Below, one piece after another: positions 26,601 to 39,759 of a stretch of 64,000 nucleotides of DNA. The stretch is from Nemertoderma westbladi (Eukaryota; Animalia; Xenacoelomorpha), in the NCBI GenBank assembly GCA_032718475.1, contig JAUCBJ010008720.1, positions 18,504 through 82,503 on the forward strand, in the 5' to 3' direction. The notes below the pieces were generated by a model, which searched no databases, was not told the origin of the DNA, and saw only the letters and a list, made by a program, of their open reading frames with translations. The number at the start of each line of letters is the position of its first letter. Position 1 is the first letter of the stretch. A program made the position numbers and the translations under genes.

Positions 26601-28281
26601 GGTCGACCTGGCCACCAATGAGGAAGGTAGACCCAGGTACGGAGGAAGTAGCAGTAGAAGAGGAGGGAGAGGATTTTGAAGGGGAAGAGATATACAGCCA
26701 ATTGGCGAGGGAGATTAAGGAGGTGCCACAGAAACCGAGAGAACCATGCGACAACCCAACAGATAGGTTGCTCAGTTACAGCTCCACCTGGTACAAGACT
26801 AAGAAGTTGGTAGCATATTTGAGGGCCTACGGGGATTTCCTCAGGGGAGTTGGTAAGGATACCAAAACGAGACCCATTATCGATCTGGAAGGGGCGGCCA
26901 AAGCCGTGATACGATACGAGCAAAGGAAGGGGTACGCGGATGAAGTGAACAGAGTCAGCAAGCAACAGCACCTTCGTCAGGACAGCGAACTCAACCCACT
27001 GTCTCCGCAATTGAACGATGACGGGATCCTGGTGATGAATTCCAGAGTGGTAAACAACAATAGCCCAGTCATTCCACCAAAACCCATATTAATCCCCAAT
27101 AAGTCACCAATAGTCCACCAGATCATATGGGATTCCCATAAATCGATACTACATGGAGGAACCAATCAGACCCTGACAGAGATACGGAAGACGTTCTGGG
27201 TTATCCAACTCAGGAAGATGGTAAAGGCGGTAGTGGGGCAGTGCCAGACCTGCCGACGGACGAAGAAGGAGAGGGCCGTACAGGAGATGGCGCCATTACC
27301 GGCCAACAGAGTGAGGCGTGATGCCTCACTCTGTATGTGTAAATGGCGGGTCGTGATGACCCGCCATTTACACACTGCGGCGTGGAAATGTTCGGGCCGA
27401 TTAAGATAAAGGTGATGCGCCATACAGAGAAACGCTACGGCATTATCTTTGTCTGCAATAACACGAGGGCGGTGGGAATAGAACTTGCACAGGACGCTAC
27501 AGCGTCGGCATTTATTAATGCCTTAGAGAGGTTTGTAACCCGCAGAGGAGGGATGGTAGAGGTGTTATATTCAGATTATGGGACCAACTTCGTGGGCGCA
27601 GAAAACGAGTTGGCCGAGGCTCTCGACAACCTAGAGGGAGATGATGTCAGGGCGGCGATGAGGAAACATCTTATAAAGTGGGAGAGGAGAACGCCATACG
27701 CACCACATACATTAGGGTTTGTGGAGAGGCTCGTGGGAAGCTCCAAACGCCTGATGACCATACTGATGAACAACCATATTGTCACGGAAGATGTATTGAG
27801 AATGGTGTTAGCCAAGTGCCAGGGGATCATTAATAGCTGACCACTATATCCTGAGAACAACGACCCGGAATCACTGGACATCCTAACACCGGCTCATTTA
27901 CTCATGGAGAGGCCGGCGACGATTGACATGCGAAGTATAGATCCAGACGACATATATTCGCATCAAAGTTGGAAGGTCGCCAAGGCAATAAGCACGGAGT
28001 ATTGGACGAGATGGATACAAGAGTATCTTACAACACTACATAAGAGGAGCAAATGGAGGAATACTGGCAGAGAACTGAAGAAGGGTGACTTGATAATTGT
28101 CACAGAGGACACAATTATCAATAACCAGTGGAGGCTAGCCAGGGTAGTAGAAACCTACCCCGACGAGGATGAAAGGATTAGGTCAGTGGAAGTGAGGATT
28201 GGAGGAAAGATAGGGGCCAAAGATGGGAAGACCTACAGGAGGGAGGTAGGAAAGTGTTGCCTATTGGAAGGGTCGCCTTAA
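20657..28281 (+). pseudogene. BEL-2 gag-pol polyprotein, multiple stops and frameshifts
   Basis: ORF fragments from 23006 to 28281 carry the gag, PR, RT, RH and IN motifs in BEL order. Confidence 0.9.
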
Positions 28282-28417
28282 AGTTTAGTTGTCCAATATA
28301 TTGGACTGAGGGGGTGGGAATGACGGCGAGACGCCCTTCCCACACATAAAATAAAGAAAATAAACAATCAAAATAATAAAATAAGTACTTAGTATTGTAG
28401 GTAGTAGATAGTAGTAG

Positions 28418-28596
28418 GGTACATAGTACCATAGAACCTATGGGCACTGAGGGCGCCATGTGAGGAATTGAGGGGTATGTACGCATACCATAGTATTAGG
28501 GTACATAGTGAGTACCATAGAACCTGTGGGCACTGAGGGCGCCACATGAGGAATTGAGGGGTACACAGTACCATAGAACTTGTGGGCACGTGGGTA
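28418..28596. repeat. About 2.5 tandem copies in the BEL-2 pol-ORF3 spacer
   Basis: agtaccatagaacc.tgggcac(tgagggcgcca..tgaggaattgaggggta) is repeated. Confidence 0.75.
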
Positions 28597-29059
28597 CAGC
28601 AGGATAGACTGTGTAGGCCGCACGAAACAGACTACTGTACCGCACAGCCCGTAGTGTAAGTATAGGCTATTGTTACAGAGCCAGAAAGCTGTTTGGTAGG
28701 AAGCTAGCGCAGTAATAAAATTATAGCTAGTCTTCTCTGTATACAAATAGAGGGGTTACTTAAGTAAGTAATCTGCTGACAGTTGTTTATAGCACAGTGA
28801 GGGGGGAATATAAATAATATCAAAGTTAGAAAAATAATAAATTATAGCAACTGGGGGGAGGGAATTCTAGAATCATAATTAAAGTAACGGACAGATTTTG
28901 TAAATTAGAGAAAATTGGCACTTTGGGGGTATATTTGCAAAAATATACCAAGAAAGTACAACCTAGGACGTAGGCCATTACTGAACGAAACTTATAACAT
29001 CCTGTTTAACGGCCCTCACTTAAATTGAGCCTTTGTAAGGCCCCACCAATTGGGTGAGC

Positions 29060-30799
29060 ATGGGAAAGTTTGTGATGGCGGAGAGGTTAGTAAGGAAGAG
29101 AAAGGCGGAGAAAACTGGGAAGGAGCTACTAGTGGACTTCACGCAGAGGCATCCGGAGGAGAAAATGAAAGGATACTACTAACCGAAGTATCCGAGGGAA
29201 CCATCGAGGAAGGAATGGAGGAGGTTTGTAGAGTCTGTGAGCAGGGGTGGGTACATGGTCCTAGATGACGAAGGGACTGTGGAGGATGACGAGGGTTCGA
29301 GAAGCGGGTCGGCGGGATCGGCTAGAACTATACTACTGCATTTGGCAGCGCCAAACGGAGATATCTTTCTATTCGACCTGGGGACCTACGGGAAGAAGAG
29401 CGGGCCAAAGTTGAACCGGTTGCCGAGGGCGGAGCAGGACCTTGTGAGACAGAAGACTACAGTTAAGGTGGGATCGGCGATCCGCGACAATGCGGACAGG
29501 ATGATTGGACTGGACACCCCCAAACTCCTGGACATGCAAGTAGTCTATATGGCTATGACGGGGCCAGAGGGGTTGGGATTGGTAGAGAACACGCGACATT
29601 GTGGAGCCGTGGCGATGGGCCAACTGATGGGGCTCATCTGCCACAAGCCGATGGACTGAGGGAAGTTCCGGGAGGAATACGGAGCAGAACTTGTGAACTC
29701 GCTGAAATGGGGAGCGAGACCAGGAAAGCAGGAGGTATATCAGTTCCGAAGGGGAGCGATAAAGATATATCAGAAGAGATATATCTTACAGGAGGATTGG
29801 GTAATGATAGGTTTATTAAACCTATTCATGGCCGTGGTTATCGGAAGAGAGCCGGCGGTGTTTCTACTATCAGGAGCACCTCTAAATTACAGGAGAGCCT
29901 TTAAGGTGGCCTTGGAGGATCTTGTAGACCACTAGGGGCTGAAGGGCGAGTCGGTATACTACGACAGCCGACACCTAGTGGACAGAGAGGTGGATACACC
30001 GTACAAGAGGTGGAAGAAGTTGGAAGCGGATAGAGTCGAGGAGAGGAGACTGGAGGAGGTCATGAGGAGAGAAAGGAAGGATCGGAGAGAGAAGCAGATA
30101 TAAGGGGAGAGGAATACGAGTTTGAAGCCCAGAACCTGGATGAGCTGAGGTGGGGATCGGAGACCTTCGGACCTTCGGAGTTTCTAGGGGATGAACTGGG
30201 ATGGATGGAAGTCAAACCACTCGAAACAGTCGACATCGGGATTGCAAGCAATGCCCATACCAGGGGGCTCTGAGGGTGATTTTGGAAGGAAGAGACGGAG
30301 GGAGCTGGAGGGGTGGAAAGTCATGGGTGGAAACCAAGGTGGAAAGGGACATAGTGGATCTACCAGGTTACCGGGTTCGGGTCCACTCCCGGCGAGAGAG
30401 GAAGATGACGACGAGTTCGGGGTGATGCCGCCGATAGAGAGAATTGCGACCCCAGCGGGGGAAGAGGGGGAGGATGAGTTCGGCGCGATGCCGCCGATTG
30501 CGAGGATTGGCCACTCAGATACGGACTGGGTGGGCAGGAGGGTGGTGATGGCCAGCGGGGCGAGAGCCTTCTGGGGCAAACCCGGCAAGCGGGCCTGGGA
30601 GCACGGGGAGCCGGCGATGGATTTTGCGGCAAGTACGATCAGGTTGGGCGAGCAACTGGGAACGGCACCATGGGTAGTGTTTGGGGAGACGATGCCGACG
30701 GTGGAGGAAGTATGGAAGAAGAGTAAGACGGTATCAGCAAGGATGATGAGTCTCAAGGAGGATAAACCAGAGGGAAGGAAGCAGGCCCAGACAAGATGA
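29060..30799 (+). pseudogene. BEL-2 extra ORF3: WRN/EXD/Mut-7-like DEDDy 3'-5' exonuclease domain plus charged C-terminal region
   Basis: ORF-track pieces 29237, 29693 and 30191 and the ATG at 29060 share one frame (stops at 29180, 29657, 29933). Motifs: YMVLDDEG (ExoI DxE), LLHLAAPNGDIFLFDL, LP..L....TVKVGSAIRD (ExoII region), LLDMQ, QKRYILQED (ExoIII-like). Confidence 0.75.
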
Positions 30800-31562
30800 C
30801 GATAGGGGCAAAGAACTCAGATGGTTCCCGAAGACGGAGGAGCGAACTAGAACTCAGGAACAGAGATGTGGGTGTGCCTGCAAGGCACCACATGTAGGAA
30901 AGAGTACAAACTCCTAAGTGCAAAAATAATCAAGTGCAATTAGTATGTACGTACGTAAATAATTAATTAAAACAATATATAATAAATGTGTTTACTATAG
31001 TCACACACAACCTTTTCCAACTAGCTACTGGGATTGGGGACCGATTGACTATGACAGAAGGACGATTCATAAGACGGATCCCATTTCTCAAGTGTGGCCA
31101 CACTAATGATAATGTGGGATCCTGACAGGAGGGCACGAAGAACGGAGTAAAATATCGGTTGAGTATAGGGGAATTGGGGGGAAGTACAGAGAGGATGCGT
31201 AGGGGTGAGAGGAAGTGAAAGGAGTGCAATTCAAGTGTGGGGAGCGAGCATTGATGGAGGATGAGTCCCAAAGGGACTGGTAAGAGAAGAAGGGACAAAG
31301 GTCCATGAGGAAAGTTTGAGAAAAAATAGTGTGGAGAGTGAGGACAATGATCTCAAACAGAGACACCAGATACCTTGGTGCAACATAGCTCGCGATTGCA
31401 CCAAGGATGGGTAGTAATAACAGACACAGAGGGAGCGGTGTAGAAAGCCGACCCCGAGAAGAAACTCCACCCCACATCCAAAATTAGATTGGATTCCAGC
31501 GGAATTGAAGCACACTTAAGGTTGATGCTATCTTCTCACCGGGAAAATAGCATGGGGGGGAG

Positions 31563-32205
31563 TGTAAACGGATTCAATTCCCTACACCACCCACCGAAAA
31601 TGGGACTAGTGGCATTTTACCAATATAGTTGGCGATGCGAGATTACCAATAATAATCTCGCCTCATAATCAACTCGGGGGGGCGACACACGCCCTAAGCC
31701 ACAGAGAGAGGTGAGAGGTCAAACCACCTCAGAGGGACAACCCAGCTAGCGAGGCTAGCACCAGGGGATAACACCTACAGGGAGTGGCGAAGTGACAATT
31801 AGTATATAAGCCAATAGCGGGCAGGGAAGCACGTGGGAAGGACAGGAGGGCATCCATTGGGTACCAAAGGCCACAGTAGTGTAGAGCTCAAACCAATATG
31901 TATCAATCATATAGTTACTCTGATTACCGATTTACCGGTCAGTTGATTGATTATCACACAGTTGCGGACCGGCATAGTTTTGACCGTCATTTCATATGGT
32001 AATTTATATTACTATACTGTTGCTGTCATCATTCTGTATTACAATCTATATTGTCATTTCATATACGTTAATTAATAATTTTGTTATTAATACTGAGAAA
32101 CAAACTCTATTATTTTCCCCAACGGCCTTCGGCCAAAGATACTAGCCCAGCAGCCCAGCAGCCCAGCAGCCAAGTGACGCATACAACCTTACCCTGTCGG
32201 GATCT
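31563..32205 (+). repeat. BEL-2 3' LTR, truncated by the LINE family B tail
   Basis: Matches the 5' LTR up to cgggatct, then switches to (attt)n. Confidence 0.9.
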
Positions 32206-33721
32206 ATTTATATTTATTTATTTATTTATTTATTTATTCCATACAATATATATATATATATCAATATAATTATTAATTACATACACGTCATCCATATTCT
32301 ACACTAGGGCCTAAAATATTAATTACTAAAAGGAATGCACAAAAATGGTATTATTAACAAATTATCAGTATAACATTGAGGAATCTAACATCGATCTCAT
32401 TCTTGAACAGTGCTGTGTTCCCACGGCAACTGTTGATACTAGATTATTAGTGGTAGCATCAATCCTATTAAATAAATTGACTATGGATTTATGACGCAAA
32501 TGGATGAAACACGGCAAGCTGTGCACACCAAAAAACAGCGACATACTACCGCGTACTGGTAATGAAAATAGCAATCGAGCAGCACTGTTGTAAGCAACTT
32601 TGATACGATTATGAACAGAGTGCAAGTAATTATTGCGCGACCACAAGGCGTTGCAATATACCGGAGTTATAAACGACCTAAATAATTGTACCTTAACAGA
32701 CGTTGAGCAGGATTTAAATTTACGCATCAACATGTTACCTCGAGCATAGATGCCACGTGTGGCCTTCCTAATATCGAAGTCATCGTCTCTGGTGTCATGT
32801 ATCACGTGACCTAAATAAGTAAATTTAACTGCACGTTCAATCTGTATGCCATATAAGTACATGGGAGGAAACATACAAAATGAGTCCTTAGCTATAAAGT
32901 ACATAACCTTTGTTTTCTTCATATTGAAAATAATATTATGTAATTGTGAATATTTAAAACAATTATCAATCAGCCGTTGTAAGCCAATAGCAGAGTTCGA
33001 TATTAGGCAAATATCATCTGCGTACATTGTGATTGAGTCTAGTCCCATCTAACATACAGCCAACACTTGTATCAACTAAACTGAAACTAAGGTCATCCAT
33101 ATACACATTGAAAAGATATGGTGATAATATTCCACCTTGTTTTACGCCATTTATCACAGTAAAAGATATTGATTTCGTCACGCCCCATTTAACACAAAGC
33201 GTTTGGTTGCGGTACCAAAAAACAATTACTCTTATAATAAACAGGGGTATCTTTCTGTCAATCAATTTGCGCAATAAAATATCATGGTCTATCCGATCAA
33301 AAGCCTTGCTCGAATCTAGAAAACAGACATATACACTAGAAGAGTTGTGCAAATAAAAATCAATAATTTCCTTTAGTGTATATACACATAAATCAGTACC
33401 ACTGCGGCGTTTAAATGAGAATTGATAGTCACTAGTAATTAAATAGGATTCAATACGAGAAAATATCACATACTCAAAATACCTTACTTAGTAAAGTCGC
33501 AATCGCAACTGGTCTATAATTGGATTTATCACATAGAGGACCATGTTTATCTTTAATAATGGGAATTATAACGCTATGTATTATACTTTCAGGTATGTAC
33601 CCATGAACGTTCATAGAACTTAACAGTATCGATAAAAAAGTATTGAGCCGAATGCTATTGCTGTACACAAAATGCTCAGCAGCAATACCATCTGGTCCAA
33701 CCGCATTTCCTAATTTTAAAT

Positions 33722-35473
33722 GGCAGTGATTTTTTATGTCCTTTTATTTGACTTTTTTTGTCATTTTTTTTACGAATTATGCATAATGACTTTTGTTGTC
33801 CTTTTAATTACTTTCATTGTCCTTTTAATGACTTTTTATGTATGTATTTCTTCAAACTGTCAGACTGCTGATTTCTGGACTGTCAGACAGTTGATTTCAC
33901 TATGCCTGTGCCAAAACATTCCATGATTCCATGATTTATAGACTATGAGATAGATTTCCATATGCGCCTGTGGTAAAAAGACTCTATATTTAATAGTTTG
34001 TGGTTGTTGTCGATAATCGATTACCACATGACGTAGCAAAACACTCATTTTATAGCCAAAAACAATTACCAATTGATGGAAAGGAGCAGGTTAAGGCCGA
34101 GTTTTCTAACCAAAACAATAAACAGTCACTTTACCAAATCAGGGAAAGGAGCAGGTTACAGAGACGGGATTTTCTAACCAAAACAATAAACGATCACTTA
34201 ACTAATTGAGGGAAAGGAGCAGGTTACAGAGGCGGGATTTTCTAACCAAAATAATAAACGATCAATTAACTTATTAAGGGAAAGGAGCAGGTTACAGAGG
34301 CGGGATTTTCTAACCAAAACAATAAACGATCATTTAACTAATTGAGGGAAAGGGACAGGTTACAGAGGCGGAATTTTCTAACCAAAACAATAAACGATCA
34401 CTTAACTAATTGAGGGAAAGGAGCAGGTTACAGAGGCGGGATTTTCTAACCAAAACAATAAACGATCATTTAACTAATTGAGGGAAAGGGGTAGGTTACA
34501 GAGGTGGGCCTTTCTAACCAAAACAATAAACGGTCACTTTACCAATTCAGGGAAAGGAGCAGGTTACAGAGGCGGGATTTTCTAACCAAAACAATAAACG
34601 ATCATTTAACTAATTGAGGGAAAGGGGCAGGTTACAGAGGCGGGATTTTCTAACCAAAACAATAAACGATCATTTAACTAATTGAGGGAAAGGAGCAGGT
34701 TACAGAGACGGGATTTTCTAACCAAAACAATAAACGATAACATTACCAATTGAGAGAAAGGAGCAGGTTACAGAGGCGGGATTTTCTAACCAAAACAATA
34801 AACAATAACATTACCAATTGAGGGAAAGGAGCAGGTTACAAAGGCGGGATTTTCTAACCAAAACAATAAACGATCACTTAACTAATTGAGGGAAAGGAGC
34901 AGGTTAAGGCCGGATTTTCTAACCAAAACAATCAAGCAATCAAAACCAAAACAGTCACTTTACCAAATCAGGGAAAGGAGCAGGTTATCCGTAACACTAC
35001 TCAGACAGTAGTCATGATCCATTATTGATTATAAAACTAATACAGTAATAGGCCTAAATTATGTGAAAGGTATATCCACATTTTCCACAATCCTGCAATC
35101 CAGTTTAGCCTATCAATTATTTAAAATTTATTAGCACAACCGGTAGGCCTACCATTACCGTATTTAAATGGTAGGCTACACAGTAGGCCTACCATTACCG
35201 TATTTAAATGGTAGGCTACAGTACACAGTAGGCCTATAGCAGTACCGGTGCCGGTACCGGTACTAAAATACAGAAATACCTGCTTTATACCTACATCTGT
35301 ACATACAATACAGCAAAATAGTGCTATATATACTAATACCGGTACTGATAGCCTGAGAGAACAGCAGTAGAGAAACCGGTAGCATGGAACCTAACATTAG
35401 ACTTTTGGAGGACATAAAAAATAAAAAAAAAAGGACAAAAAAAGGATTTAAACGGACAATAAAAATTATTGCG
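33722..35473. mobile_element. Non-autonomous TIR element with 9-bp TSD (Mutator/Merlin-like) carrying a 68-bp satellite, inserted in LINE B
   Basis: TSD attttaaat at 33713-33721 and 35474-35482. Imperfect TIR ggcagtgattttttatgtcc / ggacaataaaaattattgcg. Excision restores AISNLK-LGNAVGPDG in frame. Confidence 0.85.
34075..34987. repeat. 68-bp tandem satellite, about 13 copies
   Basis: Unit gagggaaaggagcaggttacagaggcgggattttctaaccaaaacaataaacgatcatttaactaatt. Confidence 0.95.
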
Positions 35474-37072
35474 ATTTTAAATTTGAGATTGCACAGCTAA
35501 TCTCAGATGGGCTGATAATCATATCACTACAATATAATAAATCTTCTAATGAGTTATCTACAAACGACCTGTTGGATTTACTTTCGTCTGAATTAGCATC
35601 ACAACAATTTAAAAGATTACAATATTCCTGCTTAAACATATTACCAATCAACTTCTCACCAACTGCACCACTAACTACATTTGGTAACGGCACCGCACTA
35701 CTATTTTCTTTTTTAACCGAATTCCAAAAAGTGGAATAATCTTTCTTAATTTCGGCCTCTGCAATTTTATTGCACCGAATTACTTTTTCATTTCTTTTAC
35801 ATTGACGCAAACAGCGTTTAAAATCGGCCTTTGAAACTAAATAGCGCCTGTGCAGCTCCCCCTGTCGGGCTGATCCTGCACCACGCCACATTTTAAAAAT
35901 ACTTCGACATAAATCATATTTTTCTTTTACAATATCGTTCCATCCTGGAACATTGTGCTTATTAAAACTGTCGCCAGTGAGTTTAACCGGAATAGTTTTA
36001 GCGGCACAATCCAACACAACTTCGGAAATTGAGTCCCAAAAGTTAGACATATCTTGATGGTGGTCCTTACAGTTAGCATTTGTACATTTAACACCACTAG
36101 GAATAACAATATTACGTAATGAGGCCTCTACACGATTACTGTAGTTCACCAGATTATCTGGGGTAGCTGACCCCCATTGAGGAGAACGCACAGTACTTCG
36201 TGACTTGGGTGCCTCCTCACAATGAATATAATCCGCTACAATTACGTCTAATGAAAATGTAAATGGCATATGATCATCAATACTGAGATCATAGAGTAGA
36301 TCAATGTCCTGCACCGATAGTTCTATGCTACTTGAACAAATAACATGGTCCAGCCATGAGGTTGAACCATGAGCTGGACTAACGAATGTGAAACTATTTG
36401 GTGGTAGTCTCATAACATCCGCTATAGAGAGATTTAATTCTTGACACCATTCAGATAAATCCGTATAAAAGGACTTTCCTGGCGATGCGTTAAAATCCCC
36501 ACAGATGCAGTCTTGCTAGTTGGTGCTGTATCTATTATCGACTGTATTTTACCAAGATATTCACTATATAAATCACGATTATCTATATGTTGATACGGAA
36601 AATAAACATTCAGCATCAAAACTTTGGAGCCATCATTTAGATTAATGTAAAAACAGATCAATCTATTGTCCTCACGTGGTAAAAATTCAATGCTATTAAG
36701 AAATTGTTGTCTCACAAGAACAGATAGTCCCCCAAATGGGCGACCTCGGAGGATCCCATCACATTGAGTCGATCCCATCACATTGAAGGACACCTGTGAA
36801 GGATACCGTAGGTTAATGAACTCATTAATAGGGGGGTTCGATTATTACTCCAAATAACGTTTGTAGGCATTAATTTTTGTCACCAGTTGGCTTAATGAGT
36901 TCATTTGAAGTAATAAGGCCACCAGTTGTCTAATTGTGATATTCGACTACTATATCAAACAAGTAATTTGCAAAATAGATCTCTTACTCAATAGTTTAAA
37001 ATAGAAAATTAAGGAAAAAATATATTAAAATATAATTAGTTAATAGTCGATTGAGGATGGTAAGGCAATATC

Positions 37073-38599
37073 AATAAGAATTTAGTTTTATTTACTGTTT
37101 TAATATAATAAAATAAATATATTTCAAGGGCTAAGGGCCCACATTGTCAATAATCAACTGAATGTAAACAGAATTAATGAATTATTACAGCTACCTATTT
37201 ATGAAATGTTTTTAACAGTACAAAGGTACCTAACTACCTAACTAATAAATTACTATACGCACAAAATTATTTAATTTTCAGGAACCCCCCGCTTTCCAAC
37301 ACTGCTATACTTAGATGATCTAAAGGCCATAAACCGAAATACCCACCCAGAGGTATAGTGTATCAGATACCGTGTTGCTGTGGCAACATATATGTAGGCC
37401 AAACCTTATACAGTCTTGATGTCCGTCTGACCCAGCATCAGGGCGATGTTAAACACCGTAGGCCCAAAGCATCCGAGTTGTCAGGCCATCATGTAGCTAC
37501 TGGACACATTCCATTATGGGATAGGGCAACAGTGATAGGGAGAGTGTCAGACTTGCACGGTAGGCTAATATTAGAGAGTATGTATATTAAATCATAGGGA
37601 CCCCGGGCAGTTAACAAGAGATTATCCACAGACGTAGATCATTTAAGGGGGGGGTACACCATTTTCGGACAACTCTTTGATTTATCACTCTCAGCGTTTC
37701 AAAATTGTTTGATTTTGGCTAAAATTTGGTATATAGGTGCCTAAGATGCTATTCTACATGACAAGTCAGAAAATTTTTTTTTTTCGCTATTTAATATTAG
37801 TTAATACTAGTTAACAACAAAAAAAACTTGGTTGCGCTTAAAACCCTAAGGCTTTTACAGTTTTGAACCTAATCACATGAAAGTTTTTTTATATGATAGA
37901 TCAAAGATGGGGCAACATAACTATCAGGCGAAATTTTGTTAAAATAATTCTGCACCGCTAGGTGGCGCTGCAAATTTATGCAAATTTTTAGGTTTTTTAT
38001 AAATAGTATTAAATTTTATTAACAAAAAATTTCGAAAAGTTGCCTGATACTTTTATGCAGGGTGGCTATCTAGACACCCACAGGAAGTTTCAGACTAATT
38101 ACTCAAAAATTGTAGAAGTAGTAGGGTTTTGAAGTTGACAATTTCATGAAAAAAATATTTGGAGATAATCGACCTTTCATTATACATAGTAATAGTAATT
38201 TCAATAGGATTCCGTAAATGGAAATTTACATAACTTGAAAACTAAAAGAGCTATTAAATAGCGGTTTTCAGATTTGGAAATACCATTCAATGGTGCATTA
38301 CAATAGACCATAAAAAAAATTTCGACATATTTTGGACCAAAATGGTGTACCCCCCCCTTAAGTATAGCAGTGTTGTAAAGCGGGGGGTTCCTGAAAATTA
38401 AATAATTTTGTGTGTATAGTAATTTAGTAGTTAGGCAGTTAGGTACCTTTGTACTGTTAAAAACATTTCATAAATAGGTAGCTGTAATAATTCATTAATT
38501 CTGTTTACATTCAGTTGATTATTGACAATGTGGGCCCTTAGCCCTTGAAATATATTTATTTTATTATATTAAAACAGTAAATAAAACTAAATTCTTATT
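37073..38599 (+). mobile_element. 5'-truncated Penelope-like element with an inverted pseudo-LTR
   Basis: GIY-YIG domain GIVYQIPCCCGNIYVGQT..RLTQH..RLILESMYI (37352-37597). 37073-37322 is the reverse complement of 37635-37646 plus 38362-38599. Confidence 0.88.
37647..38357. mobile_element. Kolobok-like MITE (TTAA TSD, GG termini)
   Basis: Perfect 19-bp TIR ggggggggtacaccatttt / aaaatggtgtacccccccc. TTAA at 37643-37646 and 38358-38361. The empty site is preserved in the other pLTR arm. Confidence 0.92.
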
Positions 38600-39759
38600 A
38601 AAATATAAAATTAAAATGAAAGGGACGGCGATAACATGTCTGTATTGTTTGTAATAATTAATTGTTGAAATTAAGTAGGTAGAATGTGTATTATTTGTGC
38701 GAAATGCTATACAACTTTTGAGTGAATCCAATTCCCAAAACATAATTATCACTATGAGACATGTAACGTCGTATGTTTCGAGAATATAATTTATTTCGTA
38801 GAATTACTTGATTTTTAGAAACTCAGTGGTCAAGTAATTGAATTATAGGAAAAGTGACTCATTTATTAGTTTTTGTTTTATTTTTTATTGGGCCCTTGAC
38901 ACGTCTGATTTTTATTGGGCAAGTGACTGATTGTGCAAATAGCATATTGGATAAGTGACTGAATTCGGAAAAATAGCCTATTTGAGTACAATTTTATTAG
39001 ATATAAGAACTAAAATTTATTTTTTCTGTAATTTAGAATGAAGGCTTGAATTAGCATCAAATATCTCGTGATCTATTGTAATTATATCACGATTTTACTC
39101 TAGAGTGGGGTCATTTTGATTGTGTATCCAGACACACAAGGGCGGATCCAGGGGGTGGGCCAAGGGGGCCATCCCCGAAAAACTGAAACAAAAAGCGAAC
39201 ATGAAATGTGGGTTTCACAAATTCAAGACCTGTATTTTTGTATAATAATGACATGCTAACCATATTTAGATAGTTAGTAACCTTATTATTTGGATAAGTT
39301 ACCATTCCCAATAATTATTCCTTTCCCTACACGCTCATAAACAGCTTCTATGATATTAGTAAAGTTCCACTCTCTTTCAATATAAACAGTACAGTCCTCC
39401 TGTGAAATAGTCGCCCCTTTCGGGCAGATAGGAGGGGAAACTGGACACACACAGAAAAATTTCTCACCAGGGGAAACTGAACGCAAATCTCAGAAATGGT
39501 GGATTTGGGAATAAGGTATTTGGGATTTGGGAATAAGGTATTTGGGATTTGGGAATAAGGTATTTGGGTTTGGGAATAAGGTATTTGGGATTTGGGATTA
39601 AGGTATTTGGGAATATGGTATTTGGGAATAAGGTATTAAAGATTTGGGAATAAGGGATTTGGGAATAAGGAATTTGGGATCTGCCATTATTGGTTCACTG
39701 AAGAAGATACGCAATGCGTCTCATTACGGCATTACAGGTACCACTAACTCAATCGGTGT

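Larger units (their letters stand above)
19399..32205 (+). mobile_element. Near full-length decayed BEL/Pao LTR retrotransposon 2 (LTR-gag-pol-ORF3-LTR)
   Basis: Direct repeats start TG at 19399 and 31563, with purine tract 31554-31562. Motifs: gag LPPVEPFKFDG, protease MLVDSRA, RT DLEGMFNQV and GFYVDD, RNase H DMFSDAS, integrase SDYGTNF and GFVERLV. Confidence 0.95.
32206..36795 (-). mobile_element. APE-type non-LTR retrotransposon (family B; clade uncertain, RTE-X-like), 5'-truncated and frameshifted
   Basis: Endonuclease (GRPFGG, LNVYFP, SWLDH), RT (NYRPV, LDSSKAFDRI, GVKQGGILSP, MYADD, YLG), (TAAA)n tail at 32206-32238. Confidence 0.9.

Noticed and set aside
31258-31282. gatgagtcccaaagggac as a hammerhead ribozyme
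   Set aside because: Lacks the CUGA start and the GAAA after the stem in both paralogous copies. Kept only as a conserved hairpin.
39500-39680. TTGGG-rich tract as an interstitial telomere
   Set aside because: Units are 14-21-bp tttgggaataaggta modules mirrored at 43545-43750, so they are subterminal repeats of a TIR element.
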